The translations under genes and the position numbers were made by a program. Of a stretch of DNA of 64,000 bases, positions 61,560 through 64,000 are shown piece after piece. Source of the stretch: Christensenellales bacterium (GTDB lineage: Bacteria; Bacillota; Clostridia; Christensenellales; Aristaeellaceae). Every line of letters starts with the position of its first letter. Within the stretch, counting starts at the first letter, position 1. A model generated the notes under the pieces. It did not search any database and was not told the origin of the DNA. It was given only the letters and a program-made list of their open reading frames with translations. The stretch spans positions 22,208 through 86,207 of the forward strand of contig JAXJLD010000117.1 in the NCBI GenBank assembly GCA_036297385.1. The letters run 5' to 3'.

Positions 61560-61579
61560 AATTGTGCAAAAATTGTGCA
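61560..61579 (+). repeat. Tandem direct repeat AATTGTGCA x2 (11-bp phase) upstream of the BMP operon promoter
   Basis: AATTGTGCA at 61560-61568 and at 61571-61579, ending 7 nt before the -35. Confidence 0.6.
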
Positions 61580-61586
61580 TTTGGTC

Positions 61587-61615
61587 TTTACAAGGGTTAC
61601 TTTTTATTGTATGAT
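61587..61615 (+). promoter_or_regulatory. Promoter of the BMP-type ABC importer operon
   Basis: TTTACA (61587-61592), 17-nt spacer, TATGAT (61610-61615). Confidence 0.55.
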
Positions 61616-61668
61616 GGACAATGTATTCCGTTTACCTGTGCTGTGAATCGCAAGGAGGAAAAAAACCA

Positions 61669-62904
61669 ATGAAGAAGTTTATTGCTCTGATGCTGGCTTG
61701 CGTGCTGTGCCTGTTTGCCTGCGCTGCGCTGGCGGCCGATCTGAAGATCGGCGTGATCCTCGTCGGTGATGAGACCGAGGGTTACTCCCTGGCTCACATG
61801 GACGGCATTAAGAAGGCCGCTGCGGATCTGGGTATTGCCGACAACCAGATTGTCTGGAAGTACAAGATCCCGGAAGATCAGACCTGCTATGACGCCGCGC
61901 TGGACTGCATCGGTCAGGGCTGCAACCTGATCATCTCCAACTCCTATGGCCATCAGACTTACATGGTGCTGGCTGCTGAGGAGTATCCGGATGTCACCTT
62001 CGTCTCTATGACCGGCGACTTTGCTGCTCTGACCGGTCTGGAAAACTTCAAGAACGCGTTCACCAAGGTGTATGAGGCGCGCTATGTGTCCGGCGTTGTC
62101 GCCGGCATGAAGGTGGCTGAGCTGCTGGAAACTGGAGAGCTCTCCGCCGAGAAGCAGCCCAACTCCTTTGATGCGGACGGCAATGTGAAGATCGGCTATG
62201 TCGGCGCGTTTGATTACGCCGAGGTTATTTCCGGTTTCACCGCGTTCTTCCTTGGCGTTCGCTCCGTTGTGCCGAATGTCGCGATGGAGGTCAACTACAC
62301 CAACTCTTGGTTCGATATTGACAAGGAAGCCGCTGCTGCCGAGGCGCTGATCGCCAAGGGCTGCGTCATCATTGGTCAGCATGCCGACTCCACTGGTGCG
62401 CCGGCTGCAACGCAGAAGCTGCTGGATGCCGGCAATGTCTGCTACTCTGTTGGCTACAACATCGATATGCTGCCGACCGCGCCGACTGCTGCGCTGATCT
62501 CTCCGACCAATGAGTGGTCCGTGTTCTATACCGAACTGTTCACCGCGATGCAGAACGGCGAGGAAATGCCGGCCGACTGGGCGAAGGGCTTTGAGGCCGA
62601 TGCTGTGAAGGTCACTGAGTTTGGCCCGGCTTGCGCCGCCGGCACTGCCGAGAAGGTCGCCGAGGTTGAGGCCGCCATCCGTGACGGCAGCCTGAAGGTC
62701 TTTGACACCGCCACCTTCACCGTGGATGGCGCTGCTGTGACCTCTGCCCCGTGCAATATGTCCTTCATGGACTGGTCCACCATGACCGCAATCTACGAGG
62801 GCGAAACGGTTGAAGCGATCGTGGACGGTGCCTTCGCCGAGTCCGCTTTCCGTAGTGCGCCGTACTTCGCGCTCCACATCGACGGCATCACCGAGATCAA
62901 GTAA
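61669..62904 (+). CDS. BMP-family (PnrA/Med-like) ABC transporter substrate-binding lipoprotein
   Basis: Lipobox LFAC and LKIGVILVGD. The overall pattern is basic-membrane-protein-like. The ATG follows AAGGAGG; the ORF opens at 61621. Confidence 0.85.
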   Translation: MKKFIALMLACVLCLFACAALAADLKIGVILVGDETEGYSLAHMDGIKKAAADLGIADNQIVWKYKIPEDQTCYDAALDCIGQGCNLIISNSYGHQTYMVLAAEEYPDVTFVSMTGDFAALTGLENFKNAFTKVYEARYVSGVVAGMKVAELLETGELSAEKQPNSFDADGNVKIGYVGAFDYAEVISGFTAFFLGVRSVVPNVAMEVNYTNSWFDIDKEAAAAEALIAKGCVIIGQHADSTGAPAATQKLLDAGNVCYSVGYNIDMLPTAPTAALISPTNEWSVFYTELFTAMQNGEEMPADWAKGFEADAVKVTEFGPACAAGTAEKVAEVEAAIRDGSLKVFDTATFTVDGAAVTSAPCNMSFMDWSTMTAIYEGETVEAIVDGAFAESAFRSAPYFALHIDGITEIK

Positions 62905-62927
62905 GCCTGAAACGACAATCCAAAAAA

Positions 62928-62951
62928 GGGAAGCTCTATCGCTTCCCTTTT
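62928..62951 (+). terminator. Weak hairpin/attenuator between the SBP and ATPase genes
   Basis: GGGAAGC / GCTTCCC stem followed by TTTT. Confidence 0.4.
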
Positions 62952-62989
62952 CCCTGTTTCTTAGAAAGATAAGGAGTGACCGGTTTCCC

Positions 62990-64000
62990 ATGGAATACGC
63001 CATTGAGCTTCGGCACATCACCAAGACGTTCGGCAGCGTGATCGCAAACAACGATGTTTCGCTTGACGTGCGCAAGGGCGAAATTCTCTCCCTGCTCGGC
63101 GAGAACGGCAGCGGTAAGACGACGCTGATGAATATGATCGCCGGTATCTATTACCCGGACAGCGGAGAAATCCTCGTCAATGGAAAACCCGTTGAGATCC
63201 GCAGCCCGAAGGACGCTTATGCAAACGGCATCGGCATGGTTCACCAGCATTTTAAGCTCATTGATGTGTTTACCGCCGCGGAAAACATTGCGCTTGTGCT
63301 GGATAAGAACGAAAAATATGACCTTAAGGCCATCAAGGCCAAGGCCCGCGCGATCTGCGACCGGTATCACTTCGACATGGATCTGGATCAGAAGGTCTAT
63401 GAGATGAGCGTCAGCCAGAAGCAAACACTCGAAATCATCAAGATGCTCTATCATGGCGCACAGCTTCTGATTCTGGATGAGCCGACGGCTGTACTCACGC
63501 CACAGGAAACAGAGAAACTCTTCGCCGTGATGCGCAGTATGCGGGAAGACGGCAAGTCCATCATCATCATTACCCATAAGCTGCACGAGGTTCTGGCCAT
63601 TTCCGATCGGGTTGCCATTCTGCGAAAGGGCGAATACGCAGGCACGGTAGAAACCTGTCACGCCACAGAATCTTCTCTCACCGAGATGATGGTAGGCAAA
63701 AAGGTTGAGCTAAATATTGATCGGCCCCTCCCTATCGATCCTCATCTGCGCTTGACCGTTCATAACCTCACGGTAGAGAATTCGGAAGGTGTCAAAATTC
63801 TCGACAGCGTCTCTTTTGACGCATTCAGCGGCGAGATCTTGGGCATTGCCGGTATCTCTGGCAACGGACAAAAGGAGCTGTTGGAGGCCATTGCCGGCCT
63901 GCAAATGCCGGATAAGGATTCCAGCATCGTCTATTACCCGGATGACGACCGCGATTCCACAGCGGAGCAGCTCATCGGCAAAACGCCCAAGAGCATCCGC
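62990..64000 (+). CDS. ABC transporter ATP-binding protein, double-ATPase simple-sugar/nucleoside type (3' end outside window)
   Basis: My own translation from the ATG at 62990 reads MEYAIELRHITKTFG...GENGSGKTTLMNMI...SVSQKQTLEI...LLILDEPTAVL...ITHKL, then a second domain start (LTVENSEGVKILD..SF....GEILGIAGISGNGQ). It is open to the window edge, so it is not in the ORF track. Confidence 0.88.
   Translation, partial: MEYAIELRHITKTFGSVIANNDVSLDVRKGEILSLLGENGSGKTTLMNMIAGIYYPDSGEILVNGKPVEIRSPKDAYANGIGMVHQHFKLIDVFTAAENIALVLDKNEKYDLKAIKAKARAICDRYHFDMDLDQKVYEMSVSQKQTLEIIKMLYHGAQLLILDEPTAVLTPQETEKLFAVMRSMREDGKSIIIITHKLHEVLAISDRVAILRKGEYAGTVETCHATESSLTEMMVGKKVELNIDRPLPIDPHLRLTVHNLTVENSEGVKILDSVSFDAFSGEILGIAGISGNGQKELLEAIAGLQMPDKDSSIVYYPDDDRDSTAEQLIGKTPKSIR

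Noticed and set aside
61640-61660. A possible catabolite-responsive element (cre) in the leader of the BMP operon (TGTGAATCGCAAGG).
   Set aside because: It fits the TGWAANCGNTNWCA consensus poorly in every register I tried.

Overview
This window looks like a conserved chromosomal core of a spore-forming, fairly high-GC Firmicute; the class Clostridia, possibly Oscillospiraceae-like, is an inference from gene content only. I could support about 65 protein genes. I saw no rRNA, tRNA, CRISPR array, IS element or prophage.

Gene content, left to right:
- 1-31.9 kb, 28 consecutive + strand genes: pheT 3' end, aroE, ppa, a C26 amidotransferase, a SpoIID-like protein, gap and a GtrB-like glycosyltransferase. 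Next come queG, an uncharacterised radical-SAM pair, rng, miaB, a YlbF-like protein, mutS, mutL, miaA, xpt and maf. The run ends with the cell-shape and sporulation block mreBCD, PBP2, a MinD-like ATPase, rodA and spoIVFA/spoIVFB, followed by a DEAD-box helicase and a DUF1292 protein.
- 32-37 kb, mostly - strand: lexA, which is divergent from a small Cys-rich gene and a GNAT gene on the + strand. It is followed by a XerS-like tyrosine recombinase, rnhA, proC and upp.
- 37-40.3 kb, + strand: lgt, pncB and recX.
- 40.4-52.9 kb, - strand: the complete F1Fo operon atpIBEFHAGDC, a lipoprotein gene and a four-gene sugar-type ABC importer.
- 53-64 kb: an AI-2E transporter, an XRE/S24 repressor-like gene coupled to a SprT-like metalloprotease gene, and clpB. 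These are followed by a GNAT gene, a MATE efflux gene, a VOC/glyoxalase gene and the start of a BMP-type nucleoside ABC importer.

No obvious defence island or mobile element is present. The candidates most worth follow-up are:
1. A dif/loxP-like palindrome directly upstream of the XerS-like recombinase gene.
2. The translationally coupled LexA-like (HTH + S24) and SprT-like protease pair.
3. The uncharacterised radical-SAM pair wired into an RNase G and tRNA-modification cluster.
4. A small Cys-rich gene sharing a LexA-box region with lexA.
5. An ATP synthase c-subunit with a two-carboxylate, Na+-type ion-site signature.

All protein calls rest on motifs I recognised by eye in the supplied translations; no database search was run. 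Promoter and terminator calls are pattern matches only.
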